Source of the DNA: Bilabrum cf. latius
Taxonomy: Eukaryota
Assembly: GCA_965178125.1 (NCBI GenBank)
Contig: OZ237761.1
Coordinates: 868,001 to 923,300, forward strand
Length of the DNA stretch: 55,300 nt
Reading direction: 5' to 3'
The position numbers and the translations under genes were made by a program. Of this stretch, positions 12,461 to 26,100 are shown piece after piece (the stretch's first letter is position 1; every line of letters begins with the position of its first letter). The notes beneath the pieces are model-generated. The model saw only the letters and a list, made by a program, of their open reading frames with translations. It did no database searches and had not been told where the DNA came from.

Positions 12461-15400
12461 ATGCTCGTACTGGCTGCGCTATTTATTCTCCAGGCAAATG
12501 CTGGCATCATTGATCTTGGCACAGCTGGAGTGGGTGACTGGCGTGTGACTTCTTCGAACGGATCCGTGACTTGCGCGGCCACCGTACCAGGCCAGGCAAC
12601 CCTTGATCTTCTGCGAGCTGGAATTATCCCTGATCCTAATGTTGGCTGGAATGTCGATACGACGCGCTGGGTGGCGCTCACTGATTGGATTTTTCGTGGC
12701 GACTTCGACCTGCAGGCTGGCTCGACCGCACTCAGCGCGGACGTGGTGCAACTAGTCGCCCTCGGGATCGATACGGTTGGAAATATGAGTGTCAATGGAG
12801 AACACATTGCATGGCCTACTAACCAGTTCCGCAGGGTTCGTATTCCGTTGAGGAAAGGCCTTCTCAAGGAGGGTGCCAACCGAATCGAGGTCAACTTGCG
12901 CTCCAAGGTCAATACAGCACACGACGCCATGCAGGCGTGCAATCAAATTGCCCCAGAGTATTGTCCGGAACGGAAACCGAACCCCGTGCAGCACGGGTTT
13001 AACGGTGTGAGTGTAGCTAGCCGAGTCCGCTTTCTCGTTCTCGTTATTGTAGTGGTTAGTGCTGCAAGATCTACTTTATTCACCCGAGCCTTCTATTTTG
13101 CGTCCTTAGCCAGTTGCGCAGGTCAACTTTTTGCGTACAAACCCGAGTAGCTTTGGCTGGGACTGGGGCATTGCCATTGCGCCAGTCGGGATCTTTCGCG
13201 GGATCTTTCTGCGCACGATGTCAGCCAACGACTCTCCAGTCGTGGTGAGAGATATCGCCGTGACCCCTCGATCTCCTTCGCTAGAGAGCTTTGCGGCAGG
13301 AGATGACAGCAGCGGGGGTGCTCGCGATCCGCCTCTCCTGCTCCGCCGAGCTGGGCCTCCGGCCTTGGCTTGGGGCGGGCAGGGCGCCGACTGGGAGCTT
13401 TCGATAGACGCGTGGCTGGACACCGGAGTGCTTGACACGTACGTCCCACAGCCCTATAACCAACCAGCAGTCGCTAGCGCCGAGATGCAGGCTGCGCAGC
13501 ACAGGGTGGAGGCCCTGCGCGCCTCGCTGCCATTGACTGACGGCACCCTGCGCTGGAGCATCCCCGGCATCAAGGGGCTGTACGGCGATGTGCCGGTGTC
13601 TGGCCTCCAGCCGTCAGATGAGGTGCGCATCTCTTTCAACGTGTCGCTCACCCCCGAACAGGCAGCCCAGGTGGTGCCGTGGATGCCCAATGGGTTCGGA
13701 GAGCAGCAGCTCTACGACCTGCAGATGCACTTCATCTCGGCAGGAGCGCCTGAGCTAGAGCCCGCATCAACTAGTCAAGACCATGACGAGTCCACGCCCA
13801 CTTTTGGTGACTTGCCCCCAGCAGATGGGAGCCTGTCTGTCCGATTCGGCTTCCGGGTGGTGGAGCTGGTGCAGAGTCCGCTGCCGGGGGGGCGCTCGTA
13901 CTTCTTCCGGGTCAACGGGCAGTCCATCCCAGTGCGCGGGTCCAATTTCGTGCCATTGGATGCGATCGAGAACCGTGGGGGGGGCGGCAACACGAGCTGG
14001 GCAGCTAGATTCGTGCGGGGCCTGCGGGACTCCGGCCAGAACATGATCCGTATCTGGGGCGGCGGGCTGTACTAGAGCGAGCAGGTGCTAACCCTGCTGG
14101 ATGAAGCCGGGGTCATGGTGTGGCAGGATGCAATGTTCAGCGATGCCGAGTACCAGGTGAACCCTGCCTTCAAGGCAGCGGTGGTCAAGGAGATGCACGA
14201 CAACGCCAGGAGGATGCAGCCGCACCCGTGCATCGCGCTCTATGCAGGGAACAATGAGATCGAGGGAGCGTACAAGCCCGGCGCGGCAGACACCAAGTAC
14301 TACGGAGAGCTGTTCTTCGGCACGGTGCTGCCCGCCATCCTGGATGTGGACACCTCTCGGCCGACGCAGGGCAGCAGCCCATCCAATGGCAATGAGACAC
14401 TCGAGCATCCTGTGGCAGCCAACTGCAGGAACCAGTTCTACGGAGACGACCACAAGTATCTGTACACTGTGAGTCCCGGGCTGCGCTACACCCGCTTCCT
14501 ATTTCCGATGTAGCCAGCCAGTCTGCCATCCCCACCAATGGAACCATGCCATCTGATTCATGCTTGCTTCACTCCTCGCAAATCTCGCAGGATGACCCGT
14601 GGGATGTCCGTATCTACGACCGCCCCCGGTTCATGAGCGAGTTCGGGCTGCAGAGCTGGCCTGAGATGGAGACCATGCGTCGGTATCTCGACGAGGACCA
14701 GCTCTTTTACTACTCGGCTCAGATGAAGCGGCGGAATCACCACCCCAACGGCGTGCAGCAGATCGTATAGCAGATGCAGACCCACTACATCCTGCCCCCA
14801 ACCATCAACGGCAACACGTCGGATGAACGCGGCCTCGAGCTCGTGCTCTACTTGACCCAGCAGCACCACGGGTACAGCTATGGCGTGGAGATCAATCACA
14901 TGCGGCGCATCCGGTTCGAGTGCACGGAGGAAGAGAGCGGCTGCACGGCCGGTATGATGTACTGGCAGTCCAACAACGACTGGCCGGGCGCCTCGTGGGC
15001 TTCGATGGACTACCTGGGCAGGTATGGAGCTTCGCAGTATGCCGTGCAGCATGCATACGCCAAGTTCCTGGTCTCGCCGTATCTGCTGGGGGACGAGCCG
15101 AAGACGGGGGGGCAGGACACGCGCTAGCTCGGCATTTACACCGTCAATGACCACCTGACGCAGGGTGCCACTGGAGTCGTGGTGACCGTGGAGCTGTACA
15201 GCTGGTCTGAGGGCCTCCTGGGAAGCCGAGACTACACTGTGGGTGCCGTGCCACCCGCCTCCGCCAACCACTCCGTGCAGGTGCCAAGCGCGCAGGGCCT
15301 CTACAATTCCATCGCAGGCACCCATGTTGACCCAGGCAGCGTTGTACTTGTGATGAGGGCTGCAGGGTCAATCACTGACAGAGCCGGGTCTCGTGTTCCC

Positions 15401-15850
15401 GCCCTGCGTGGTGTTGGAGGAGGCTTGAGGTCTCTCGTGCGGCCTAGCGCTGGTGCAGCGGCTGGCATGAACCAGACCGTGACCTTGGACGAGCACGTGC
15501 TGCTGGTTTCTTCGTTCACCGCTGCCTCTGGGCTGCAGGACCCAAACTTAAAGATCGTGAGCGTCAAAGAGGCACAGCCACTGCCCTACGACGGGCCCAA
15601 AGTGCTGGAGGACGTATGCGAATCGCAGTGGGAGGTCGAGGTGCAGTGGGATCAGAGCGCCGCCTTTGTTTGGTTGAGCACGCCGCTGGACGGGTTCTGG
15701 TCGGACAACGGGTTCTTCGGCATGGTAGAGAAGCCAGGGCAGGCCGAGACCCGCACGCTGCGGTTCTTTGCTCGTGAGAGCGGGGTGTCGGAGGGCTCGC
15801 TGCAATCCTCGCTACGCGTGTGGTCACTGTGGGACTCTGCCGACTACTGA
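12461..15850 (+). CDS. MANBA: Beta-mannosidase (GH2), secreted or lysosomal; exons 12461-13006, 13122-14468, 14591-15850; 3 in-frame TAG
   Basis: Signal peptide, ATVPG, SFGWDWG, RGSNFVP, NMIRIWGGGLY, VWQDAMF, GNNE, RFMSEFGLQSWP, YWQSNNDWPGASW; GTGAG...GCAG introns restore the frame; ends TGA. Confidence 0.92.
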
Positions 15851-15983
15851 TTCGTCTGTGCGGACCAGAGCAGCGCATGCAACCCACCCGCCGACTGAAT
15901 CCGAGTCGGATTCGGAGTCCCCACGTGCGCACACATCCCGGTCGTCTCACGTCATCACAACAAACAAACTTTCCATCCTGCCC

Positions 15984-18179
15984 ATGTGTATGTCGGAGTA
16001 GATTGCAGTCAGATCGATATGTGGCCGGTTTGCTACTACATCGAAGCGGTGGTAGACAGGGGCAACCACCAAACAGTTTCACGGTGGCGAACTACTGCAC
16101 CTACACAGGCGATGGAATCCAAAGAACGAAGATTTAGAGTAGTTAAGGAGAAGGGGGGACATTGTTGCTGACTGTGCGGCCCGCGAAGCGCTTGCAAGAC
16201 TGTCTTCAAAGAAATCACAAGATTAGCAAATGGAAACGAAAGACCCCGGCGTCATTGATGCGGGCCATGGCCACGCTAGGCTACACATTGGTTTCAAACT
16301 TTTGCAGAGCATGCTGGAAGCAGAAGGTTCGGGTTGCTTGTCAGTGGCTGAGCAGGAATTTCTCAGGGAGGCACGAACGGTGAAGCCATGGATGGATTGG
16401 AAGTCCGCCGACCGGGGTATTGCGGTATTTTTGAGCATGACTCTGCCGGGAGGGATCTCTCTATTGCACTCATCGCTCGTGGGTGGCTTTTCCGCTCCTA
16501 GAATAGCTCGTGTGTTGCACCGCACAGGGTATCTCAGCGGCCCTAGCCAGTCGTCTGCCCGGAGGGTGTTTGAGACACTTTCTTTCGTTGCAGCGGTCAT
16601 GTCTCCAGGAAAGCTGCAGCCTGGCAAAACCTCATCGGCGTGGAAAGCGTGCGTGGCTACTCGACTTGTGCACAGTGTTGCACGGATCCGGCTTGCAAGG
16701 CACGCAGCCTCGAAGCTGCATCGCACACGGAATCCCGAGGGCCGCCACCACTCTGACGAGTAGAAGCGAGCCAGTCAATAGCTGTAGCCACATGCCTTAG
16801 CACCACCAAGTAACTGCAATGCATAGCCAGGTAGTCTAGATAGTGGTGACCAGCTGTCCCAGACTCTAGGTGCACCATCGAGCCATGCTGTCTCCAACCT
16901 CACCGAGGCGCAGAGGAAGAGCCCGCCGAGTCCCGATGCGTCCGCTGAAGATTCAAGCGATGCAGACGTGCCTATCAACCAAGAGGACATGCTTGCAACA
17001 GCGCTCGCTTTCAGCGCAGTGGTGCTGTGTGGGTGCGAGCAACAGGGGCTGCTGCCTTCCAACCACTCTTCGACGTGGAGTGCGCTCCGTGTACCAGATG
17101 TCTCGCGCAGCAAGCGTCAGCCAACCAGTGAGCTTGAGGGCTCTAATGGACTGCGCGGCTTGGCGTGGCAGGCATGCAGCGACTATGTGCATCTTTGGAG
17201 AATCATATCGCACTACCTCGGCCTGGATGAGAGTCTCCTGGGCCCGTCTCGCACGCCATGCGGTGAGAGAGGAAGGGCAGACGGACAGCCAGCTAGGACA
17301 ACCGCGTTCAAGTTTCAGCCTCTGCGAGACATCGACACCGCCATAGTGTCTCTGCGTAGCCTGGTATGGCACTTGACCATGGACCCTGACGAAGGGTCTG
17401 TTCATCTGGCGCACAACGTCCTGCAAGGCATGGCTCGAGGATTCCCGTTCTACTGGACAGCTCCAGTTCACGCCTATGTGGCCCGTCAGATAGCAGGGCA
17501 TGGGCTCTGTGACTCGCTTAGACTTGACGCGCGACTTACTCGAAGAAAATCTAACTCAAAGGAGCCGGCTGCCTCCTCCGCGAGGCTGGTGGCTGCAACA
17601 GCTGCCGAGGCTCGGTTCCACTTGCGGGTCTTCTATTGGATGCAGGTAGCTGTGCGAGCGGCTATCCTGCTGGAGGCAGCTGGGACCGGGCTTTGTCGTG
17701 GTGCTACGTCTTGCTGGGTCTCACTGCAGCGCGGGGGGGGTACACCATTGTCTAGCCAGCTGGAAACAGCTGGGCCTACCACAGCAGCCCTACCATTTAT
17801 CCTTGACTTCCAGCGATAGGTTTTATCCCGAGTGGCTTCCATCGGAGCTGGCAGGGCTGCCTCGAGGCAAGTCACACAGATGGCAGCGGAGTCCGCTGGG
17901 CGCGAGTCTAACGCTGGCCAAAGGCAGGACTCGAGCATCGGCATACTTCTGGCTAGACTCAGGCTCTTGGTGGCAGCATTGAGCTGTAAGCTTCATCTGT
18001 TCGTCGGGCACGCTGGCGTTGCTCTCGGTGGCTGGTTGAGCCCAGCTGGCACCGACCGCGACCTGGCGGCAGAGCGCGGCGGCGCAGCTGCTGTCGACGT
18101 TTTGGAGACTCTCTCGCTGTGCGTCGCCGGATTGCTTATCATGGCAGTGCTGTGTGCCATTGGAATGATCGCATGGTGA
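15984..18179 (+). CDS. ER-bound oxygenase MpaB / rubber-oxygenase-like (DUF2236) protein with C-terminal TM; about 9 in-frame TAG
   Basis: LE*LRRRGDIVAD, SLVGGFSAPRIARVLHRTGYL, RRVFET, RLVHSVAR, PINQEDMLATALAFS, DYVHLWRIISHYLG in one frame broken only by TAG; ends TGA. Confidence 0.8.
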
Positions 18180-18456
18180 GAGCCAGCAGTGCTGAGCCAC
18201 TGCTGGCCGTGCACCTGGGAGCTTGGCAATGCGGTAGCAGGTGCAGGTGCAGGTGCAGGTGATAGCTACACTACAGTCGGTGAACAGGCTGCTGGAATGC
18301 TACCTTCATCCCAAGCGCCTTGGTTGCAACTGGCGCCCCTTCGGTGGCGCAGCAACAAGCGCTGCCCAGGAGGATCCATTCCGAGTCAATTCGGAGTATT
18401 GATAGGCCGAACCTGAAGTCCAAGAAATCGAAAGCAACATTGAAATCTGATATGAT

Positions 18457-20952
18457 ATGGATACGAAATTGAAAGAATGTCTTTCATCAGTCATCGTTGC
18501 TGGATCGCCCCTTGCTTTGAGAAGTGGTGGCGTGGTGCTAGAAGTACAACGACGTAGGGCCGCGGCTGAGGCTCTAATTGGCGCATTCGATGGCCTTGGA
18601 TCCATTGGCTAGCGATCAATTGTAGCATTTCTTGCAGGTGATGCTGAGTGTACCATGAATAGACTAGCCGTCTGGATCAAAGGCGAGAAATGTACCCCAT
18701 CGATGTCAGCAGTCCTCAGCAGTGCATAGCCTCTGTCAGCACGAATGTGCTCCGTTGCAGCGACACTCGGAAGGCGAGGCGTTTTGTTTGTCTTTAAGAT
18801 ACGATCGGTTGCATAGAGACTGATTCAGTCACTGCAATAGGCTGACTGTGACGAAGTCGAGCAGCTAGAGCAGTTAGGATGGGCTGCTATCGCTGCGACC
18901 CTGCTCGAAGGTAGAAGTCAAGGTCGCCAACTATTGGGGTCCTGGGATCTGATGACTAAAATATCATGGAAAGACTTATCGCGCGACGCTATCAAATCAG
19001 TCCAGACAGGGCGCGCCGCTGGGTGTCACCTGAGAGAGCTGAGCAGATGGTTGGAGAGTTTTAGTGCCAATTCATCACCAGGCGTTGCAAGGAAGCAGCT
19101 TCGTGAGCACCTGGCCCGGCTGACTATCTAGTTCGACAAAGGTATGCAAGCAGTATTTTCTACACAATTGACTGCGAAGCTGAGCCTCGTATCCCACCGC
19201 CGCTCGGCCAGAGCGCTCGTCAGGTTTATTGAGCGGCGGGAGGCAGTGCACCCGTTCCAAACAGGCAAAGCGGGCAAGTCATCTTTGGTGACCGCAGGAC
19301 CATCGAGTCTCAGACTGGGCGGATCACCGGGCCGGTTGTGCTTGGCCTTGCGGCACCCGTACCTGCCGATGGAGCCACTATGTTTCGTGCAGATCGCGCT
19401 GGCCTGGGCCCTGCCGACTGGAGCTGCACTTCGTGCCGGCAATACGTCCCACTTTCAGGCAAATCCCACTACGTACGTCCAGGCAGTGACGAATGCCAAT
19501 CGTTGGGTAGACCACCCAACGGAGGTGCAGCTGCAGCGGGGCCCTTAGGCAGCCGTACTGTACTCGATCACAAACGCATTCCCACGGGCGCTCAAGGGGC
19601 TGTCTCTGGCCTCGCACCTCCTCGTGGTAGCGCTCGAGGCACTACGGAAGCGGTTTCCAGCACTCCCCCGCGTGATCACCCTTTCGCCGATCCCTTCCTT
19701 TCGCCGCTGGCTCGAGTCTGCGTTTCGCGATGATTCCACCGCAAGAAGCATGTTTGGGGATGCAGCGCACACATCGCTGGCGATGAGATCCAGGCTGCGC
19801 CGACTCGCTGGGGAGGCTAGCAGCAGCGTGGATGCCGCTGACAAAGCACAGCACAGGGACCCGCGCGACGATGCAGTGGCCCTGGTGCGCGGCGTGCTAG
19901 CCCAAAGCGAGCCACCGCGGCCCGATGGGGAGCTAGGCGCGTGGTTTCACCGGCAGGTTGCGCGATGGGCTTGCTACTACCTGCTGTTCGGCAGGAGGGA
20001 CCATTCGGCTAGCAAGGCGGCAGACCCGGTTGCAAACTTCCATCTATCCAATGGAGGCAGCGTGGAGCGTGTGGTCCCAGCCGCAGACAGCTCGGAAAGA
20101 GGCTGGAAGCAGTCCTTAGGTGCCTTTGTAAACTATTGCTACCGCTCCACGGAACGATCCGGGATGGCCCGTACAATGGAAGTCTATGAATCGATGGGGG
20201 TCGTGTGCTCGCCGCAGGCCGCGATGCTGGTGGCGCGCAGCAGCGGGTTGCCGTAGTCAAGGCGAGTGAAACTGGCCCAATGGGGCACTCTAGTGGCTGG
20301 TTTGAGCACAGAGGAGCTGCCCGTGGTTGCGGTGCGGCTGCGGGGTCTCAGCCAGCTGCGCGTGCCACTTGTAGTGAGACCCAGTGATCATGGCGACACG
20401 CCTGCCGATGGAGATACGTGTGCTGATGCAGCTGGGTCGACTGCGAGCCGTTCAGTCAAGATGCCCGGGGTACGGGTGTGGTTCGTGGTTCGTGGATCGA
20501 TCCGGCTGGTGTGCCCAGCTGGGCATGGTGTCCCGGCCGATCCGGTTGTGCGGGCGGGAGATGCGGTCGGTCTGGAAGCTGCGGCGTGTCTCGCGCAGGG
20601 GTTAATGCATGACAGCGCGGAATAGACTGGCGAAACTGGAGGTGGTGATTCTGTGTGCCCAAAAGGCATCATCGTTGCGTCGATTCAGGCCGATCGCGAT
20701 GGAGCAGATACCTGTTACGCAGACGTGCTGGGGGTCCCGCTGCTGTCTCTAGCGAACGCGATGCGAAGCAAGCGACTTGCTTATGTGGCCCCTACAGCAA
20801 CGTTATCCAGCCAGTTCTTAAGGACGGGGTCTGGGTCCACTGCAGACTTGGGGGGTCCCAGTCCCCGGCTGGCACCAACCGCCCAAGCTGCAAGGGCAGC
20901 TCGCCCCTTGGGGAAGGTCCTTGTGCAGCACTCTCCAGTCGCGAAACTGTGA
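18457..20952 (+). CDS. MLYCD: Malonyl-CoA decarboxylase with extra C-terminal domain and PTS1 (-AKL); 8 in-frame TAG
   Basis: EAVHP, EPLCFVQIAL, AVLYSIT, TLSPIPSFRRWL, DPVANFHLSNG, S-x-GAFVNY; frame continues through TAG 20254 and 20623 to AKL-TGA. Confidence 0.85.
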
Positions 20953-21226
20953 CCTAGGTGACTGTATGCAAGTACATGTGTGCAAACCAATTGCCAGTGC
21001 AACATCGCCGATACCAGGACTGGATATCACGACACTTTGGCGTGCTGAGGTCAGCAAAGCCATCGTGCAGGTGCGCATCTGGCAGCAGCAGTGGCTTGAG
21101 TCGAAAAACAGTCAAACTGGCAAAGCTACAGCAGCAATTTCAATTTATTGGTTCAGTACGACAGATGCAACCAAAACAGGCTGTACCCGGTTGGGTGTGC
21201 CCGAACACCCCCACTAACCCACTAGC

Positions 21227-22796
21227 TCAGAACGAACCGAGGTTCTCATCGATCTTGAAGGACGCCTCGGTACAGTCCTTGATTTGCTCCACAGTTGCAT
21301 CGGCGCTTATTTCCCGCAGGACAAGGCCCTCTCCTGGCACGCAATCGAACACAGCCAGCTCAGTGATGATGCGGTCGACCACGCCCTTGCCAGTCAGCGG
21401 CAGCGAGCACGACTTGAGGATCTTGGGCTTGCCGCCCTTGGCCGTATGCTCCATGGTGACCACCACCCTCGAGCCCGATCCCACGAGGTCCATTGCCCCG
21501 CCCATGCCCTTGACCATCTTACCTGGGATGATCCAGTTGGCCAGGTCGCCGTTCTGGGCCACCTGCAGCGCGCCAAGGATGGTCAGGTCCACGTGCTTGC
21601 CGCGGATCATGCCGAAGCTCTCCGAGGAAGAGAACAACGAGGACCCCGGGATCATGGTGACCGTCTCTTTGCCTGCGTTGATCAGGTCGGCGTCCACCTC
21701 AGCCTCACTGGGGTACGGGCCCATGCCCAGCAGCCCGTTCTCGCTCTGCAGCTCGATCCTGACTCCCTCGGGGATGAAGTTGCTTGCCAGCGTGGGGATA
21801 CCGATGCCCAGATTCACGTACATGCCGTCCTGGAACTCGCGAGCCACGCGCTTCACGATGCGGCCCCGAGTGCCAGCCAGCGCCTTGGCCGCCAGCCCGT
21901 CGTCCCCTCCCGAAGACACCGTCCTCCGCTCGATGCGCTTCTCGCACTGCTCTGCCTTGATCACGCGGTGCACATAAATCCCGGGCACGTGGATCTGGGC
22001 GGGGTCCAACTCACCCGGCTCCACGATCTCCTCCACCTCGGCGATGGTGCATCGGCCCGCCTTGGCCATGTCCGCGTTGAAGTTGTTGGCCGTGCCCTTG
22101 AAGAGTAAGTTGCCGCGGGTGTCCGCCTTCCAGGCCTTGACCAGAGCAAAGTCCCCGGTGATGGCCCGCTCCATCACGAAGTCGCGCCCGTCGAACTGCC
22201 GCGTCTCCCGCGCCTCGCTGGCCACCTCAACCTCGTCGGTGCCCTGCTTGTACTTGATCGGGAAGCCGCCCTCCTGGATCACGGTACCGAACGCGGTTGG
22301 GGTGTAAAAGGCAGGCACACCGGCTCCTCCGGCGCGCAACCGCTCTGCCAAGGTCCCCTGCGGGGTGAGCTCTACCTCGAGCTCGCCCGACAGGTACTGC
22401 CGCTCGAACTCCTTGTTCTCGCCGACGTATGAAGAAACCATGCGGCGTATTTGACGGCCCTGTAGTAGCTGTCCAAGTCCAAAGTCATCCACGCCAGCGT
22501 TGTTGGAAACCGCAACAAACCCGTTCCGGCCAGTGTCGCGCAAAGCAGCGATGAGGCTCTCAGGGATCCCGCACAACCCGAATCCACCCACAAGCCTGCA
22601 GCAGTGGTATGAAGTGAATTCATAGGTAATCATATAGTATGTAATTGAGCACCAAGGTATTGCTCTTGTTGGTGTGGGTATTATTAGCTCACAATGTGCT
22701 GTTGCTTTCGATGTCCTTGACGGCCTCGTTTGCGCTTGGCACTACCTTGTTTACTGCCCTCACGGCTGATGACATGTGCCTGACCTGCTTTTTCAT
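21227..22796 (-). CDS. OXCT1: Succinyl-CoA:3-ketoacid CoA transferase (SCOT); intron 22596-22692; start approximate
   Basis: [54 protein letters not shown]; ends TGA; no in-frame TAG. Confidence 0.95.
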
Positions 22797-23159
22797 AGTA
22801 TTAATATAACTTGGCGTGGCCTTGGTCGATATACCACATCATTATCGCGAGCATGGCAGCACATTTGAGCTGCACCATCGGCGACACAAGGCGACCCGAT
22901 TATGTACAACAAGATACCTTACGGCGGTCATCCTTTGCACCATACCACGTGAAATACCCCTTGTAACCATTCTTGACGCGATCATGTTGCTCTGCGAACT
23001 GGGAATACTGTTAAATTGCGAAACACTACATGGATCTCCCTGCGTCGGCACCCTCGTCACACACAATTCTTATTTGTTGCGAGCTAATGTAGAGCTCGGA
23101 ATCAAAACTAAATCGGTATTTTGGACCAAGGCACATTTTGCAACTGCAAGTGACGCCAG

Positions 23160-26100
23160 ATGCAGGCCGAAATGGGCCAGACAGCCTGGAAGGCGGAGAA
23201 CAACTTGGTTGGTTCGATGTCAGGTGACCATTTTTCTGTAATTTAGAGCGATGGAGAGTCCCTGGCGTGTTCCAACGCTGAAGGTGTGTCGTTCCTAGAC
23301 TTCAAGAGTGGCAAGCTAATTGATTCTATACAGGATTACACAGACGAAGCTAGCTCTGGAAAAATAGTTTGTTTTGAAATGTCGCCGAACGGAGAGCTCA
23401 TGTTATGTGCGACGGACACTCAGTCTCTGCAGCTGTGGTCTGTTGGGGATCGAACACTTCTTCGAAATTGGCGCGCTCATAAGTTTCCCGTCGTAGCGAT
23501 CAGTTGGGATGAGTCGAGTACACTGGTGGCCACGGCTAGCTCAGACCGCACGTCCATCGTTTGGGATGCCATGCGAGGATTCGCTACCCACACACTGCCG
23601 CCGCTGCCAGGGGTTCCAAGCTTGCTTCGATTTGCTCGTACATCGTCTGCATCAGCCAATTCTTTGGAAGTTTGGACAGGATCTTCTACTGGTGAGTACT
23701 CTGTCCGAGTGACAGATCTGATGCAGCCAGTTTCGGGTAAACCAGGCTCTGGCAGGAGGCCTCGCCTCAAGCAGTTGCTGCTGGATGGCCACCACGCTCC
23801 AGCTGTGGACGTGGCATTCGATTCAATGCCGGGCCAGGCATACACTGTCGCAGCTACAGTGGGGCGGGACCGAGTGATGCATCTCTGGACGCCGTCTTCC
23901 TCGACTGGCAAGGGCCGGGCCCGCAAGCCAGTCGCGACACGCGCCCTGCTGGAGCACGCGGAGGCCATCGTGTCGCTAGGAGTGCGCGGGGAGCTTTCAG
24001 GTGCTGGCAGCCAGGTGGTGCATGCTGGGGCTGGCAGCAAGTCACGTCGGGCCAAGCGCGGGAGAATGGCCCGCCAGCGTGCAGGGGAAGATGCTGAAGG
24101 CGAAGGCAAGGACGAAGCCAAATCCGAGGCCGGGGCTGGAGCTGGTGGACCTGAAGGCCAGTGGAGTACCTGGTGGGTGGCGACCGCTGGGGACTCTGGG
24201 CTAGTGCGACTCTGGGCTATCAGCAGGGGGGCTGGCGATGGCAGTTTCTCTGTGTCTGAAGCAGCCCGCGTGAGGCTGTCGGCGCTGCTGGCGAGCCCCT
24301 CCAAGTGGATGGGCTCCGGCGAGCTGGCGCCCACGCTACCGGGAACCACCGCTAGTTCTGGGGCCGGCCAAGCCAAAGAAGCAGCCGAGGCCCCGATCAG
24401 CGAGCAGGTGTCCTGCATGCGGCTCTCTTGGACTGCATCCTCTCGGCGCGGAGGGCTCTCATCGGTCGTGCTGGCCACTCGGGACAGGTCCATCGCACAG
24501 CTAGACTTCCGGGCGCGGGGTGGCGCAGTGGGCGGTGGGACGAAGGCTATGGGGGGCTCTGCGAGCATGGAGCAAGCTGCGGCGATCCGAGTGCGGCGAG
24601 TCATCGTGGGTCACTCTGACGAGGTGCTGTCCATTGGCTTCACACATCCCTCTGGGCCCAGGTGGACGAACCTGCCTGCTGCCCGCGGACTCGACCGAGC
24701 TGCGCCCATGCTGGTGGCGGCTAACTCGCCGTCCCTTCGCCTCGTGTCTCCCAGGGACTTTGGAGTGCAGTTGCTGCTGGGACATACTGCGACCATCGTA
24801 TGCGTCGCCCCATCACCCGATGGAGCTTTCGGTGCATCCGGCTGCAAAGGCGGGTGGATTAGGGTGTGGTGCTTGCGCAGGATGGTGTGTATCGCAGCAG
24901 TCCAAGCCCACGACGATTCCGTGACAGCCCTGACGTGGCCCTCGCGAGCGGGACCATTCGGTCGCGGGGACAAGTCCGCGGGCTGGATCGTGTCGGCCGG
25001 TGCAGACGGATCGGTAAAGCGGTGGGACGTGGCAGCATGCCTCGCAGACGCGGACGCAGCCGCGGTATCAGGCACTGAGGCCGCGCAGGATCATCCAGTA
25101 GCCTCAGCTGACTGCGTGGCCTCGGAGCTGGCACACTCGAAGGGTGTCAATGCCGTGGCAGTGTCTCCAAATGACAGAGTACTGGCAGTTGCATCCCAGG
25201 ACAAGACTGTGTCTGTCTGGGATGCAGGTGTACCATCCACATCGAACCCGAAGGCAGGAGGCCTCGCGCGCGTAGGTGTGCTCAAGGGCCATCGAAGGGG
25301 TGTGTGGTGCTGCGAGTTCAGCCCAATTGAACAGATCGTCGTGACTGGGTCGTCAGACAAGACGATCCGATGCTGGAACGCGCGCACTATGCAGTGCATG
25401 CGGACTCTGGAGGGGCATGGAGCATCTGTTCTCCAGGTCCGGTTCTGCAATGGAGGCAAGGACCTCGTGTCGGCGGCAGCTGACGGCATACTCAAGGTGT
25501 GGAGCATGCAGGCAGCAGCGTGCAAGTTCACTGCGGATGCACACGCCGATCGGGTGTGGGCCCTTGCTGTGCCCAAGACCAGGGATGCTGCTGACCAGGG
25601 GGGAGAGGAGTCGTCGTCTCCGCCTGTGGTCGCCGTGTCTGGTGGTGCAGATGGAACCATCCGGGTGTGGCGAGACCACACGAGCTAGCTCAAGCAGGAG
25701 GCATCGCAGGCCCAGCTCCGCAAGGCTTCAGCCGAGAGTAGTCTGGCAGCTGCAATGGCTGGGAGGAGATATGCCACTGCCTTTTCACTTGCGCTGGAGC
25801 TCGAGCAGCCCCGACGATTGCGTGCCATTCTCGAAGAACTGCTGGATGTTGGCCCCAGGCCCCCGAGGCCGGGCCAAGGGAGCGCCGCCCTGAGGTTCCT
25901 TTCCACTGCCACGAGCGACTGGGTGGCGGCCATGCATGCGGAGCACCAGCTCATGGCAGTCGAAGGTGGCATATCTGGCAAGGCCTCGGGTGCCAGTTCT
26001 GGTGCAGGCACTGGTGGAGAGCAAGGAGAGGGGGAATCGCAGAGCGAGCATTCTGCCGGGGCTCCTATTGCACCGGGGGGAATCTTGCAAACCACCGGTG

